From assembly GCA_019454415.1 (NCBI GenBank), contig JACFOI010000007.1, forward strand, positions 1-46,163: a stretch of DNA of 46,163 nucleotides. Direction: 5' to 3'. The position numbers were made by a program, and so were the translations under genes. Shown here piece after piece: positions 8,488 through 17,151 of the stretch (positions within the stretch are counted from its first letter, which is position 1; the number at the start of each line of letters is the position of its first letter). The DNA is from Patescibacteria group bacterium (lineage in GTDB: Bacteria; Patescibacteriota; Microgenomatia; UBA1400; PJMF01). The notes beneath the pieces are model-generated. The model was given only the letters and a program-made list of their open reading frames with translations. It was not told where the DNA came from and did no database searches.

Positions 8488-8497
8488 ATTATACAAT
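8488..8497. promoter_or_regulatory. Overlapping divergent -10 boxes (TATAAT minus 8488-8493; TACAAT plus 8492-8497)
   Basis: Sequence ATTATACAAT; each box lies 8 nt from a start codon (GTG 8479, ATG 8506). Confidence 0.7.
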
Positions 8498-8505
8498 ACT
8501 TTGCC

Positions 8506-9993
8506 ATGGATGGAAGCCAGGTGCGTACTTGGGGAGTGAGTTTGCTGCTTGTAGCGGTAGTGCTGTGGGCTGGTGTGGGTGCTTTTTTGACTGATCCCTA
8601 CTTTCCGTGGACCACGGTGCGAGCTCCTTACAGGACATCTATCAAGAATGATGGCACTATTGAACTCGTAGAAGTACAACCACCTGTTTTCCGGCGCGAC
8701 TGGTTCTCGCGACTGACCGCCTATGTCAGGGCCGGCAGTCGGATTTTAATCTATCGTTGGATACCAGAAAGAAAACTGGGACACTCCACCGCCGAAGTAC
8801 TGGCAGTACTCCACGACCAGCGTTTCCAACCCGATAAGCCCTATGTCATCACCGGAGCCCACTACTCTGATCTCTATGTTCGTAACCTCGGAATTTTCTT
8901 CAATGAGCTTACTAATGAGCAGCTCGAACAGTCTCCTCAGGACCTTCAAAACCGCCAACGTCTGGCACTACAAACAGTTGCTCTCGACCTGGCTTTTCTA
9001 CGGGCAAACGGCCGGCTAGTCACGACGATTGCTCCTTTAGGCGGTAGCTCTTTCACAGGAATAAATATCTACACTGAGCCGTCCGACTCACTGTATGCCG
9101 TCTTATTTACTCTCAATAAACTCAAGCAGGCTGAACCCACTCGTACAGCCGCCAACTCACTACTGGCTGACAATAAAGAAGTCCTGCAGCGGGAGCTTCT
9201 CCGCTACCTGCAGACTGTCATTGATCCACGCACCCTGACTATCCGCAACGACATCCATCTCTCCGGAGCTCGTGATGGAGTCAAACGAACGGCCTCGTTT
9301 TACGATACCGTGATCGCTTGGCAAACAGTCCGCTTGGCAGACCAGCTTCAACTGATCCCTTTGCAAGATTGGCCCGCAGAGTTGCAGCCGCTGCTGGATG
9401 GAGCAGGCTGGAAACAAACAATCATTGACCGCTACTGGAATGCAGACAAGGGGTACTTCATCAATGACCTAAGCGAGAAAGCTGGAGGGAAGGCAGATGA
9501 TTTTGGAAGTGATAGCTTGGTTGTTCTTTCCACTGGTTTCCTGGATCCTGGCCAAGAACAGGACCGCCAAAAACTTGAGCGGATCGTGGAACACATCCAA
9601 CAAAACACCCTCGATCGCCCCTTCCCTCTCAAGTACTCCACGACCAACGGCCAGAATCGGATGCACTGGACGGTCAAGTACTTTGCTCCGGGATACATGG
9701 GGAAAGGAATCTGGAGTCACTGGGGAGTCGAGTATGTAAAGACACTTCTGGCACTTAGCCAGACGTCCGATCCGGCAGAATGTCTTCACCTTGAAGATGC
9801 CCGGGAGTTTTTGGATTTGTATGCACAGAATATCGCCGCCTTCGGCGGCTATCCTGAGCTCTACGGTCAGGATGGTAAACCCTACCAAACTCTTGCACTG
9901 CGCTCGGTCCTCCATTCCGGTTGGGTCGTTAACTATGAAGCAGCCCATGCGGCGCTAGAGTCGGACTTGAGGACTACTAGCTGTCAATTTTGA
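8506..9993 (+). CDS. Membrane-anchored/secreted six-hairpin glycosidase-like protein
   Basis: N-terminal TM/signal; YVRN, IIDRYWNADKGYF, GIWSHWG and GGYPELY segments resemble (alpha/alpha)6 glycoside hydrolases. Family call tentative. Confidence 0.55.
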   Translation: MDGSQVRTWGVSLLLVAVVLWAGVGAFLTDPYFPWTTVRAPYRTSIKNDGTIELVEVQPPVFRRDWFSRLTAYVRAGSRILIYRWIPERKLGHSTAEVLAVLHDQRFQPDKPYVITGAHYSDLYVRNLGIFFNELTNEQLEQSPQDLQNRQRLALQTVALDLAFLRANGRLVTTIAPLGGSSFTGINIYTEPSDSLYAVLFTLNKLKQAEPTRTAANSLLADNKEVLQRELLRYLQTVIDPRTLTIRNDIHLSGARDGVKRTASFYDTVIAWQTVRLADQLQLIPLQDWPAELQPLLDGAGWKQTIIDRYWNADKGYFINDLSEKAGGKADDFGSDSLVVLSTGFLDPGQEQDRQKLERIVEHIQQNTLDRPFPLKYSTTNGQNRMHWTVKYFAPGYMGKGIWSHWGVEYVKTLLALSQTSDPAECLHLEDAREFLDLYAQNIAAFGGYPELYGQDGKPYQTLALRSVLHSGWVVNYEAAHAALESDLRTTSCQF

Positions 9994-10021
9994 GTGTATT
10001 TGTTAGAATACGTAGTCTAAC

Positions 10022-10095
10022 GACCGCGTAGCTCAGTTGGTTAGAGCGCCACATTGACATTGTGGAGGTCAGGAGTTCGAGCCTCTTCGCGGTCA
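10022..10095 (+). tRNA. tRNA-Val (GAC); CCA not fully encoded
   Basis: Acceptor GACCGCG/CGCGGTC, D-arm GCTC/GAGC, anticodon arm CCACA-TTGACAT-TGTGG, T-arm AGGAG-TTCGAGC-CTCTT, discriminator A then CCC. TGtTAGAAT upstream. Confidence 0.97.
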
Positions 10096-10105
10096 CCCTT
10101 TTCTT

Positions 10106-10342
10106 TTAACTCGCAGTAGCCAAGGCCGGCAATAAGATCCACATGGGTACGTAGTTCAGAAACCAGATCTCGGTTTCTTTTTCTTGGGAGAGTGTTTGTT
10201 CTTCGCTGTGGTAGATCACTTTTTCAGCGCCGGCTGTTTCAAAAGGTGGGAGTGTCCCGTGAATCCACACTTTGTGGCGGGTGCCTCCATCCACCTTTTC
10301 TGTCTGGTAACCAATGGCCCGATAGCGATTGTGTTCTGACAT
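10106..10342 (-). CDS. Small hypothetical protein with hydrophobic C-terminus
   Basis: 78 aa ORF filling an intergenic gap; TAGACT -10 box 7 nt before the ATG. Confidence 0.6.
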   Translation of the reverse strand: MSEHNRYRAIGYQTEKVDGGTRHKVWIHGTLPPFETAGAEKVIYHSEEQTLSQEKETEIWFLNYVPMWILLPALATAS

Positions 10343-10415
10343 ATAAATCAGTCTACACCTGTTTTTTGAAAAACCATAACTATAGGTTTTGGGTGGTGAT
10401 TGCTATAGTGAGTAT

Positions 10416-11801
10416 ATGGAACGTTTACTGGAAAAATCTTCCCATGTTTTGGCCATATTGGTCTGTGTCGCTTTTATGATCTGCGGCGTCGCAGTCTCGC
10501 TGCATCGCTTTTGGCAGTACGAAACCCAGTACTATGACTTCGGCATCTTCGATACCGCGATTCGCAGGGTGGCGGTGTTTCAACCACCAGTGATTGATCA
10601 CTTTATTGTGGAAGATAAACTGATCTGGGCTGATCACTTTCACCCTGCTATTTTTCTGCTCAGTCCGTTGTACTGGTTAACTGACCGGAGTGAGGTAATC
10701 CTGATCGTTCAAGCAGTGGCAGTGGGGCTGAGTGCATACGTGCTCTATCGGATGAGTCAGGGAGTGCTTAAGAGTAATTTTTTGAGTTTGGCGGTCTTGG
10801 TCTCCTATGTTGCTTTTGTGGGACTGCAAAATGCGATTATCACTGACTTCCACGAAGTGACAGTGATGACGTTACCTTTAATGCTCTGTTACTGGGCTAT
10901 TCTGACAGAGCGAAAGCGCGCGTTCCTCTTCTTTTTTGTCTTAACACTGGCGTTTAAAGAACTACTCTTCATGCTGGGCATTGGCTTGGCAATCTTTGTC
11001 TTTTTCTACCGGCCGAAATGGCGCAAGTTAGCTTTGGCGGCAGGAGCGTACGCAGCACTGTGGGGGTTAATAACCATCAAGTTGATCATTCCCTACTTCT
11101 CGGAAGGACTTTACCAGTACACGCCGCCAGCGAGGAGCATCGGAGAGATCCTAGCGGCGTTAGTTTCACCGGCGGTCAAGCTGAAGACGACCTTCAACAT
11201 CTTCTGGAGCTTTTTGTTTCTGCCGCTCTTTTATCTGCCCACTCTTCCCATTTTGTTGATGAACCTCGCAAGTAGGTTTCTGTCTATCAACAGCAACCTA
11301 TGGGATCTAGGTTTTCACTACAACGCCGAGATTGCTCCGACACTCGCGGTCAGTGCACTGTTGATGATTGCTTTTCTGCAAAAGAAGCTGCCTCGTCCGG
11401 CAGTTCTGGGATTGGCTGTAGTACTGCTTCTCAATAGCCTGTTCTTATATCGCTTTGTGTTCCGCGGGCCGTTTGGCTTGGGTTATAACCCCGCCTTTTA
11501 TGCTCATACTCAAGACTTTGCCTATCTAAATGAGTTTCTGGCGAAAGTGCCGACTGGCAAAACTATCATGACGCAGAACAACTTGGCTGTCCGCTTTACC
11601 GATCGCAAGGTCAAGTTGCTGCGGCAGAACTATGAAGACTATCAGCCAGAACTGATTGTGCTTGATTTGCGCGACGGCCAAAATCCCAACAACTTGATGG
11701 GTGCGGGTGATGTCGCCAACATTCTGATGCGTTTGGAACAAGACCCCCACTACGAGGTCCTCTATCACGAGGGTCAACAGTACATCTTTCAAAAGAAGTA
11801 A
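10416..11801 (+). CDS. DUF2079-like multi-TM protein (GT-C type)
   Basis: YDFGIFD, DHFHP, DFHEV, KE and GFHYNA motifs; many TM helices. Start at ATG 10416, 6 nt after TGcTATAGT. Confidence 0.8.
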   Translation: MERLLEKSSHVLAILVCVAFMICGVAVSLHRFWQYETQYYDFGIFDTAIRRVAVFQPPVIDHFIVEDKLIWADHFHPAIFLLSPLYWLTDRSEVILIVQAVAVGLSAYVLYRMSQGVLKSNFLSLAVLVSYVAFVGLQNAIITDFHEVTVMTLPLMLCYWAILTERKRAFLFFFVLTLAFKELLFMLGIGLAIFVFFYRPKWRKLALAAGAYAALWGLITIKLIIPYFSEGLYQYTPPARSIGEILAALVSPAVKLKTTFNIFWSFLFLPLFYLPTLPILLMNLASRFLSINSNLWDLGFHYNAEIAPTLAVSALLMIAFLQKKLPRPAVLGLAVVLLLNSLFLYRFVFRGPFGLGYNPAFYAHTQDFAYLNEFLAKVPTGKTIMTQNNLAVRFTDRKVKLLRQNYEDYQPELIVLDLRDGQNPNNLMGAGDVANILMRLEQDPHYEVLYHEGQQYIFQKK

Positions 11802-11827
11802 ATGGAGGGTTGCTGTGAGTGATCGTC

Positions 11828-13042
11828 TTAGCGCCGGGCGATCTTCTTAAACGCCTCAGCAAGCATCCCTGGCGCAACACTTGAAGAGCTATGGGTCGTC
11901 GTTTTCAACAGCAGCGCTCTTTCCTTTGCCTCATCTTCACCCAGAAAGTCTACAATCTCGTTCATCTTCACCAGCGCATCGTACTCCGGAACTAAGAACG
12001 AGACATCTACTCCGGCATCATACAGCGGTTTCAGCTCACGATAAGAACTGCCAGTGAGAAGTCCAGTAATCAGACGAGCTGAGCCCAACATCGCCTGGGC
12101 ATAGAGCCGCCAAGTGGCTTTTTCTGTTTCCTCTTGCTGTTCCGGTGTCTCGGTTTCTTCTATAGGCAAACCGGAATACGTTTCCTGAACATACTTCCCC
12201 AAAATTCGACCACGCTTGGTGAAAAGCTGACGGACAGTAGCCTGGTCTCCCCGTTGGGCAGCAATCCAGATAAGATCGTCATATTCATACAGTTTTTGTT
12301 TTTCTTCATCAGTCAGCCGGGCAAATCGTGCCTGGAGCGTATCCGGATTGTGCGTCTGATAGACACCGTCGATCTCGTTGGCAACTGGCGAGCCACCTGC
12401 TTTGCCTCGCTGGGACTCATCATGAAAGAAACGGGTAATGAGCCCTGCTTGCTCAGGGGCTGAGAGGAAGACAGCATCATCTTTTTTGGCACCTGGGGCT
12501 TTTAGAGGTAAGTACGCTACTGTCTCCAAGCCGAAGATATGTCCAGACTTTTCGGAACCAGCCAAAAGGATATCTTTCATCCGATAAACTCCCTGGGCCA
12601 GCTGGCGGAGATTCTTCCCAAAGCCTCCGGGAGACATCAGGACCAGGTGCAGTTTCTGAAGATCAGGATGATCTCCTTTAAGATCCGGTCGCATCTTGCG
12701 GACCAAAAACATCACTCGTGCCAACTCAACGGCGCCCAGGGAGTGTCCGTACAAGTGAATATCCTGTCTATCACTGAGTGCTTGAACGACTTTACGCGCC
12801 AAGAGAATGTGCCGATCTCTATCAGGCAGCTTCAAGGTGTCCGGAGAGATATAAGAGTTTCTGGCTTCAAACTGGGCGCCTGGGTAGTGTTCCTGGACTG
12901 CCTGAGCAACCTCGTCATAGATGGCTTTCATGCCTTGATCAGTTCCCATGATGCCAGGAAGATAGATGTGGAGAGATGAGTGCGATTCTGTTTCGTGAGA
13001 TTCGGCAGCAGGACGATAAGCAGCTTCAGGCGCAGAAGACAT
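11828..13042 (-). CDS. Alpha/beta-hydrolase fold protein
   Basis: LPG oxyanion region, GHSLG nucleophile elbow, LMSPGG, YDALV and C-terminal TTH: a plausible Ser-Asp-His triad with a large cap. Confidence 0.75.
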   Translation of the reverse strand: MSSAPEAAYRPAAESHETESHSSLHIYLPGIMGTDQGMKAIYDEVAQAVQEHYPGAQFEARNSYISPDTLKLPDRDRHILLARKVVQALSDRQDIHLYGHSLGAVELARVMFLVRKMRPDLKGDHPDLQKLHLVLMSPGGFGKNLRQLAQGVYRMKDILLAGSEKSGHIFGLETVAYLPLKAPGAKKDDAVFLSAPEQAGLITRFFHDESQRGKAGGSPVANEIDGVYQTHNPDTLQARFARLTDEEKQKLYEYDDLIWIAAQRGDQATVRQLFTKRGRILGKYVQETYSGLPIEETETPEQQEETEKATWRLYAQAMLGSARLITGLLTGSSYRELKPLYDAGVDVSFLVPEYDALVKMNEIVDFLGEDEAKERALLLKTTTHSSSSVAPGMLAEAFKKIARR

Positions 13043-13050
13043 AGCCGTGG

Positions 13051-13476
13051 TTACTGTGAGATCTTATAGTTGTAGGTTTTGCGATGCTCTTCGTCGCGGG
13101 TTTTGACACGGTCGAAGCCATACTCTTCCATTGTAAACCGATAGCCTGCACCCATGCCAGTCACATACGAGCTGTTCATTGGGTCGACGTCAATTTTTTC
13201 GTTCGGCCGCTCCTCGGTCATCAGCACTGAGGCATGTTTGATGATTGGAGCACTATTATAGGCACGGTATCGATAGCCTTCATCTAGGGCAATATCCCAG
13301 GCTTGCGGTGAGAGCTCCCGAACAACAAAGTATCGTTTGCGTTTGAAGTTGTTATCTTCGTCAAAGGTTTCTACCACAAACCGTTTGTTGCGAATGGCCT
13401 GACCTGTGGAGTAGGTCTTCCATGAATAGTACAGATTGTAGATGAGGGCGAGGCTGGCTCGCTCGAACCCAGTCAT
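13051..13476 (-). CDS. Hypothetical protein (141 aa)
   Basis: TAAAAT 6 nt before the ATG; ends 8 nt upstream of the hydrolase. Confidence 0.7.
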   Translation of the reverse strand: MTGFERASLALIYNLYYSWKTYSTGQAIRNKRFVVETFDEDNNFKRKRYFVVRELSPQAWDIALDEGYRYRAYNSAPIIKHASVLMTEERPNEKIDVDPMNSSYVTGMGAGYRFTMEEYGFDRVKTRDEEHRKTYNYKISQ

Positions 13477-13541
13477 ACCTGTATTTTACTCTATGAATCA
13501 GGGAAAGCACGGAGAGCTAGCGAGTGAGAAACAGAGTGACT

Positions 13542-14159
13542 TTATCCACCGGCGCGCGCCAGTTGGCGTTCGTGGTGCATCGTATCCCAAACGTTCTTCG
13601 TCTGGGCGTGACCCTTGGCATTGAAGTTGAGGGAACCCTGCTTGGCTTTTTTGCTGCCAAAAGTAGTGGCCCAGGTACGTGCGCTATGAATCTTCTGACG
13701 AAGCAGGATGATGAACTCTTTGAGTTTGGAGAAGAAGCCTTTCGCTCCTTTACCCGCCTCCCCTACTTCCACCACGTTAGACATGATGGCGATGTCGACG
13801 TCTTTGACCATACCTTCCAACTCTTGAGTAAGGAGGCGTAGTTCGTGGCGAATATCATCGATCTCTTTTTTGACCTGTTGTTTGCGGGCATCAAAGATAT
13901 CTTTTTGATCTACTGGATTTACCCGTCGGTGAAGCTCCTGGCGAAGGCGTTCTCGACGCTGTTGTTCGAGCAAGCGTTTTTGCTGTTCTGCAGGATTGAA
14001 GACTTCTTGGGAGGGGGTGTTTTGCTGAGGAAGACTGTCAGCTCCCTGGGTGGCGTCATCTGTACCCATGGCTCCACGAGCCTCAGCCAAGGCTCTGGCA
14101 AACGGGTTTACTCCAGATGGCTGTGGTCGGTTAGCTGGTGACTGACCAAAGTTATTCAT
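13542..14159 (-). CDS. Coiled-coil hypothetical protein (resembles CPR DUF5660 family)
   Basis: Q/E/R-rich coil and FFSKLKEFIILLRQKIHSARTW segment; family name from recollection only. Confidence 0.65.
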   Translation of the reverse strand: MNNFGQSPANRPQPSGVNPFARALAEARGAMGTDDATQGADSLPQQNTPSQEVFNPAEQQKRLLEQQRRERLRQELHRRVNPVDQKDIFDARKQQVKKEIDDIRHELRLLTQELEGMVKDVDIAIMSNVVEVGEAGKGAKGFFSKLKEFIILLRQKIHSARTWATTFGSKKAKQGSLNFNAKGHAQTKNVWDTMHHERQLARAGG

Positions 14160-14256
14160 ATCTATCTACGCAAACAATACCTTCAAAGAAGGTTTTTGTT
14201 ATTATAGGCCTAATTACTCGAGATGTCAACTTATAGTGAAGTATAGCGTACTTTTT

Positions 14257-15234
14257 CTAAAGTGAAAGAAGGTGGCGGATGATCTTTTGCTTGGCTATGC
14301 TGTTAAAAATATAGCTCCGGTAGTCGGCATTTTCTTGCTGTTCCTTGGTCATTTGATCACCGAACACTTGCTTCATCATCTCGTCAATTTCTTTGTCCTC
14401 CACCGAAAGCTTCTCAGCTTTTCCAATCTCGGCCAAGATAAACTCAATCTGGAGAGAGGTGGCAGCTGCACTGAGGTATTCGAGGCGAAGCTGGTCGGCC
14501 GTCATGTTGCGAGACTTAAGGTAACTCTCAACTGACAGCTTGAGCTGATCCAGCTGCTCCAGGAGGCGGTGCAGTTCGCGATCAGCCTCTCGACGCACTA
14601 AAAGCTCAGCAATCTCTGGCTTAATCTCCTCCACCAAATGCTTAAAGATTTGGCGAGTGCGCAAGTCATCTTTCTGTTGGTCAGTCAAAGTGGTGGGCGC
14701 TTGGTCTGCTTTCTGGTCTTTCTGATCAGTCGTCTCGGCCTCTTTCGCCTTTTTCACCAGCTCAGCTTCTTGGTCTGCAATATCTTTTTCCGCAGCTTTT
14801 TTGGCTGCTTTGACGATATCTTGATACTTGCCCAGTTTGATGACTGGAGCCTCGGCAAAGCTGGCAACCAGCTTCCAGTCTTTCCCCTTCTCAATCTCTT
14901 CGGGGTCAATTTCCGGCTGAGAGATAGGGTGCTTGTCGGCTGCCTTGATTGCCTCGGCATAAGCCGTAGGCAGAACTTGCTGAAGGACGTGCTCTACCAG
15001 AGCACTTTGGTCCACCATCTTCTCAACCATCTCTAACGGAACTTTGCCTTTGCGGAAGCCGTCAGCCTTGGTATTTTGGGCGAGACGCCGTAGACTTTTT
15101 TGGTACGCAGGTTCGACATCCGACCACTTGAGGGTGATGTGAATGTGAGAGTTGGGGGCAATTGGCAGTCGTGGCTGCGGTTGGTCCTGGGTAGGTTCTT
15201 GAGTGGTTTTTTTGGATGCTGGGGTCTTAGACAT
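14257..15234 (-). CDS. tig: Trigger factor lacking the FKBP/PPIase domain
   Basis: Ribosome-binding signature GFRKGKVP; C-terminal LILAEIGKAEKLSVEDKEID-like region; only 325 aa. Confidence 0.92.
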   Translation of the reverse strand: MSKTPASKKTTQEPTQDQPQPRLPIAPNSHIHITLKWSDVEPAYQKSLRRLAQNTKADGFRKGKVPLEMVEKMVDQSALVEHVLQQVLPTAYAEAIKAADKHPISQPEIDPEEIEKGKDWKLVASFAEAPVIKLGKYQDIVKAAKKAAEKDIADQEAELVKKAKEAETTDQKDQKADQAPTTLTDQQKDDLRTRQIFKHLVEEIKPEIAELLVRREADRELHRLLEQLDQLKLSVESYLKSRNMTADQLRLEYLSAAATSLQIEFILAEIGKAEKLSVEDKEIDEMMKQVFGDQMTKEQQENADYRSYIFNSIAKQKIIRHLLSL

Positions 15235-15304
15235 GGTGGGAATTATACCTCACCATCCTACTAGTCGCAGATACGGCTCAAATCTTCTATGATGGAAGAG
15301 AGGC

Positions 15305-16660
15305 ATGAAACGAGTTGCCAGTGTTTTACTAGTCCTTTTGAGTATGCTGACATATGGTGGGCTAGTTCTGGCCAATCAGGTGTACGCTCAGGCTGTCATC
15401 TTTGCCTCCCCCACCCCTGGCCCCTCGCCGGCAAACATCACCGTTGACTGTGCCCCAAACTCCATGCCGAGTTTGTCGGTCTTTGTCCCTTTGGGAATTG
15501 TCCTTGACCAACCGTCAGGAATCCGGATTGTGGGCGCTCCAGAGATCTTCCGGGGGAAGCGGGTCTGGCTGTTCTTTGAGAATACCAATCCTCCTACCGA
15601 TTTTGGTTTCTACACCTTCAGTCTTCCGCTCCACATCGATAGTGCTGGAAATGCTGACTTATCAGGCCAAACACTTAATCAACTGATGTCGATTTCTCCT
15701 GGCACGTATAAAATTTCCATTCGGGGCGGTCCAATCACCACCCAGAGTGATGGCGGGCCGCTTGTTGAGAACTACCCGATCTGTTTCGAGCAAACCACTT
15801 ACAACGTGGAGGTAACTGCCGGGACAGAAAGCTGTCTTGATCTTGGTGATACCTGTACCCCAGGTACTTCACCTAACCTCTGTTACGCGGCTCAGTACGC
15901 CTATTGTGATGACACGCAGAATCCACCACGAATCCGGCTGCCTGATCTCCCGCCGGTAATTTTGAACAACGCGCTCTGTGAGTATGTTTCTACACCGGGA
16001 AGTGTGACCTGTGCTCAAGCACTTGAAAGTCGGCCCATTACTTGTGGAATTGAGTACATGAGTCGGATTAATTCAGGGGACTCTTCTAGCCCAGTGGGTC
16101 AGATTACGATGTGTTGCGAAAGTACTTCGGAGTGTGGAAAAGCTCAGGGCTTGGATCAGGAGGCTGGTGAGGAGTCAATGGTTCCGTTCAATGCCTGCCG
16201 ACAGATTGCAATTCCGACCGGTGATCCTGCGCGGGCTGCTACCCAGAGAGAAAAACGTGATGCCTGCTGTAAATGTATGACTGGTGATCAGAGTTCATTT
16301 TTCGTGACGTCCGAACAGCGATGTTCGGGAGAAGTCGAGGCGGAAGAAGATCCGCTTCAGGCCGCCAACAGAGGCATCTACACCGCAGTCGGATGTATCT
16401 CTGCCGATGCTACAGCCGAGGGCGGCATGGTCACGACCCTAGTACGGATCGGGATTGGCCTAGCAGGCGGTGTGGCGCTATTGATGATCCTGGCAGGTAG
16501 CTTCATGTTTACTACTTCTCAAGGAGATCCGAAGCGCGCCAATGAAGCAAAAGAGCTGATTACTTCAGCAGTGATGGGGATCTTGTTTATTATCTTCTCC
16601 GTCACGATCCTGCAGTTCATCGGCGTGACGGTGCTGCATATCCCTGGCTTTGGAAGTTAG
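15305..16660 (+). CDS. Cys-rich surface protein with C-terminal VirB2/TrbC-like (CPR-type) pilin domain
   Basis: Signal peptide; TAVGCI...GIGLAGGVALLMILAGSFMFTTSQGDPKRANEAKELITSAVMGILFIIFS...PGF pilin hairpin. Confidence 0.8.
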   Translation: MKRVASVLLVLLSMLTYGGLVLANQVYAQAVIFASPTPGPSPANITVDCAPNSMPSLSVFVPLGIVLDQPSGIRIVGAPEIFRGKRVWLFFENTNPPTDFGFYTFSLPLHIDSAGNADLSGQTLNQLMSISPGTYKISIRGGPITTQSDGGPLVENYPICFEQTTYNVEVTAGTESCLDLGDTCTPGTSPNLCYAAQYAYCDDTQNPPRIRLPDLPPVILNNALCEYVSTPGSVTCAQALESRPITCGIEYMSRINSGDSSSPVGQITMCCESTSECGKAQGLDQEAGEESMVPFNACRQIAIPTGDPARAATQREKRDACCKCMTGDQSSFFVTSEQRCSGEVEAEEDPLQAANRGIYTAVGCISADATAEGGMVTTLVRIGIGLAGGVALLMILAGSFMFTTSQGDPKRANEAKELITSAVMGILFIIFSVTILQFIGVTVLHIPGFGS

Positions 16661-16691
16661 CACGCAGGTATTTCAAAACCTAAACAGAACT

Positions 16692-16717
16692 AAAAATCCC
16701 CGCTTGCGCGGGGATTT
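16692..16717 (-). terminator. Intrinsic terminator between the convergent pilin and RRM genes
   Basis: AAATCCCCGC-TTGC-GCGGGGATTT with the longer T tract on the minus strand; probably bidirectional. Confidence 0.85.
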
Positions 16718-16737
16718 CCTTGTTTCTTAAACAGTGT

Positions 16738-17151
16738 TTATCTGTCTCGGTTATCTCGACGGAAGTTGTCGCGTCGTCCACCACCGAAGCCTCCTCGGCC
16801 TCCGCGGTCTCCGCCACGATCACCGCGAGGTTGCCACTCGTTACGTGGTTTAGGTGGTTGCGCAACGTTCACTGCGATTTGGCGACCGTCAACTTCTCGT
16901 TGGTGTAAACCAGCGACAGCTGCTTGGGCCTCCTCATCGGTGGACATCGTTACAAAACCGAAACCTTTTGAACGGCCGGAGAACTTGTCGGTGAGAACAA
17001 AAGCTTCCTCAACAGTGCCGAACTCAGCAAATAACTGCTGAAGATCTTCACTGGTTAAGTTCCAGCTCAAGTTACCAACAAAAAGTTTTCTCGGGTTCAC
17101 ACCAGCTTGCGCTTGGGGTGCCGTTGCTTGATCTTGGGTATGATCTGACAT
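16738..17151 (-). CDS. RRM RNA-binding protein with RGG tail
   Basis: RNP2 KLFVGNL, RNP1 KGFGFVTM, GDRGGDRGGRGG tail; SD GAGGTGAG before ATG 17151. Confidence 0.95.
   Translation of the reverse strand: MSDHTQDQATAPQAQAGVNPRKLFVGNLSWNLTSEDLQQLFAEFGTVEEAFVLTDKFSGRSKGFGFVTMSTDEEAQAAVAGLHQREVDGRQIAVNVAQPPKPRNEWQPRGDRGGDRGGRGGFGGGRRDNFRRDNRDR

Noticed and set aside
8340-8490. T-box riboswitch upstream of thrS
   Set aside because: No T-box consensus (GGTGGNACCGCG) on the coding strand and too short for stem I; the leader-peptide model explains the structure.
8377-8679. 100-aa minus-strand ORF across the attenuator
   Set aside because: Antisense to the 8506 gene, spans the promoter, and is in a different frame from the Thr-rich uORF.
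10022-14159. Genomic island integrated at tRNA-Val
   Set aside because: No integrase and no duplicated tRNA 3' end noticed; only hypothetical genes follow.
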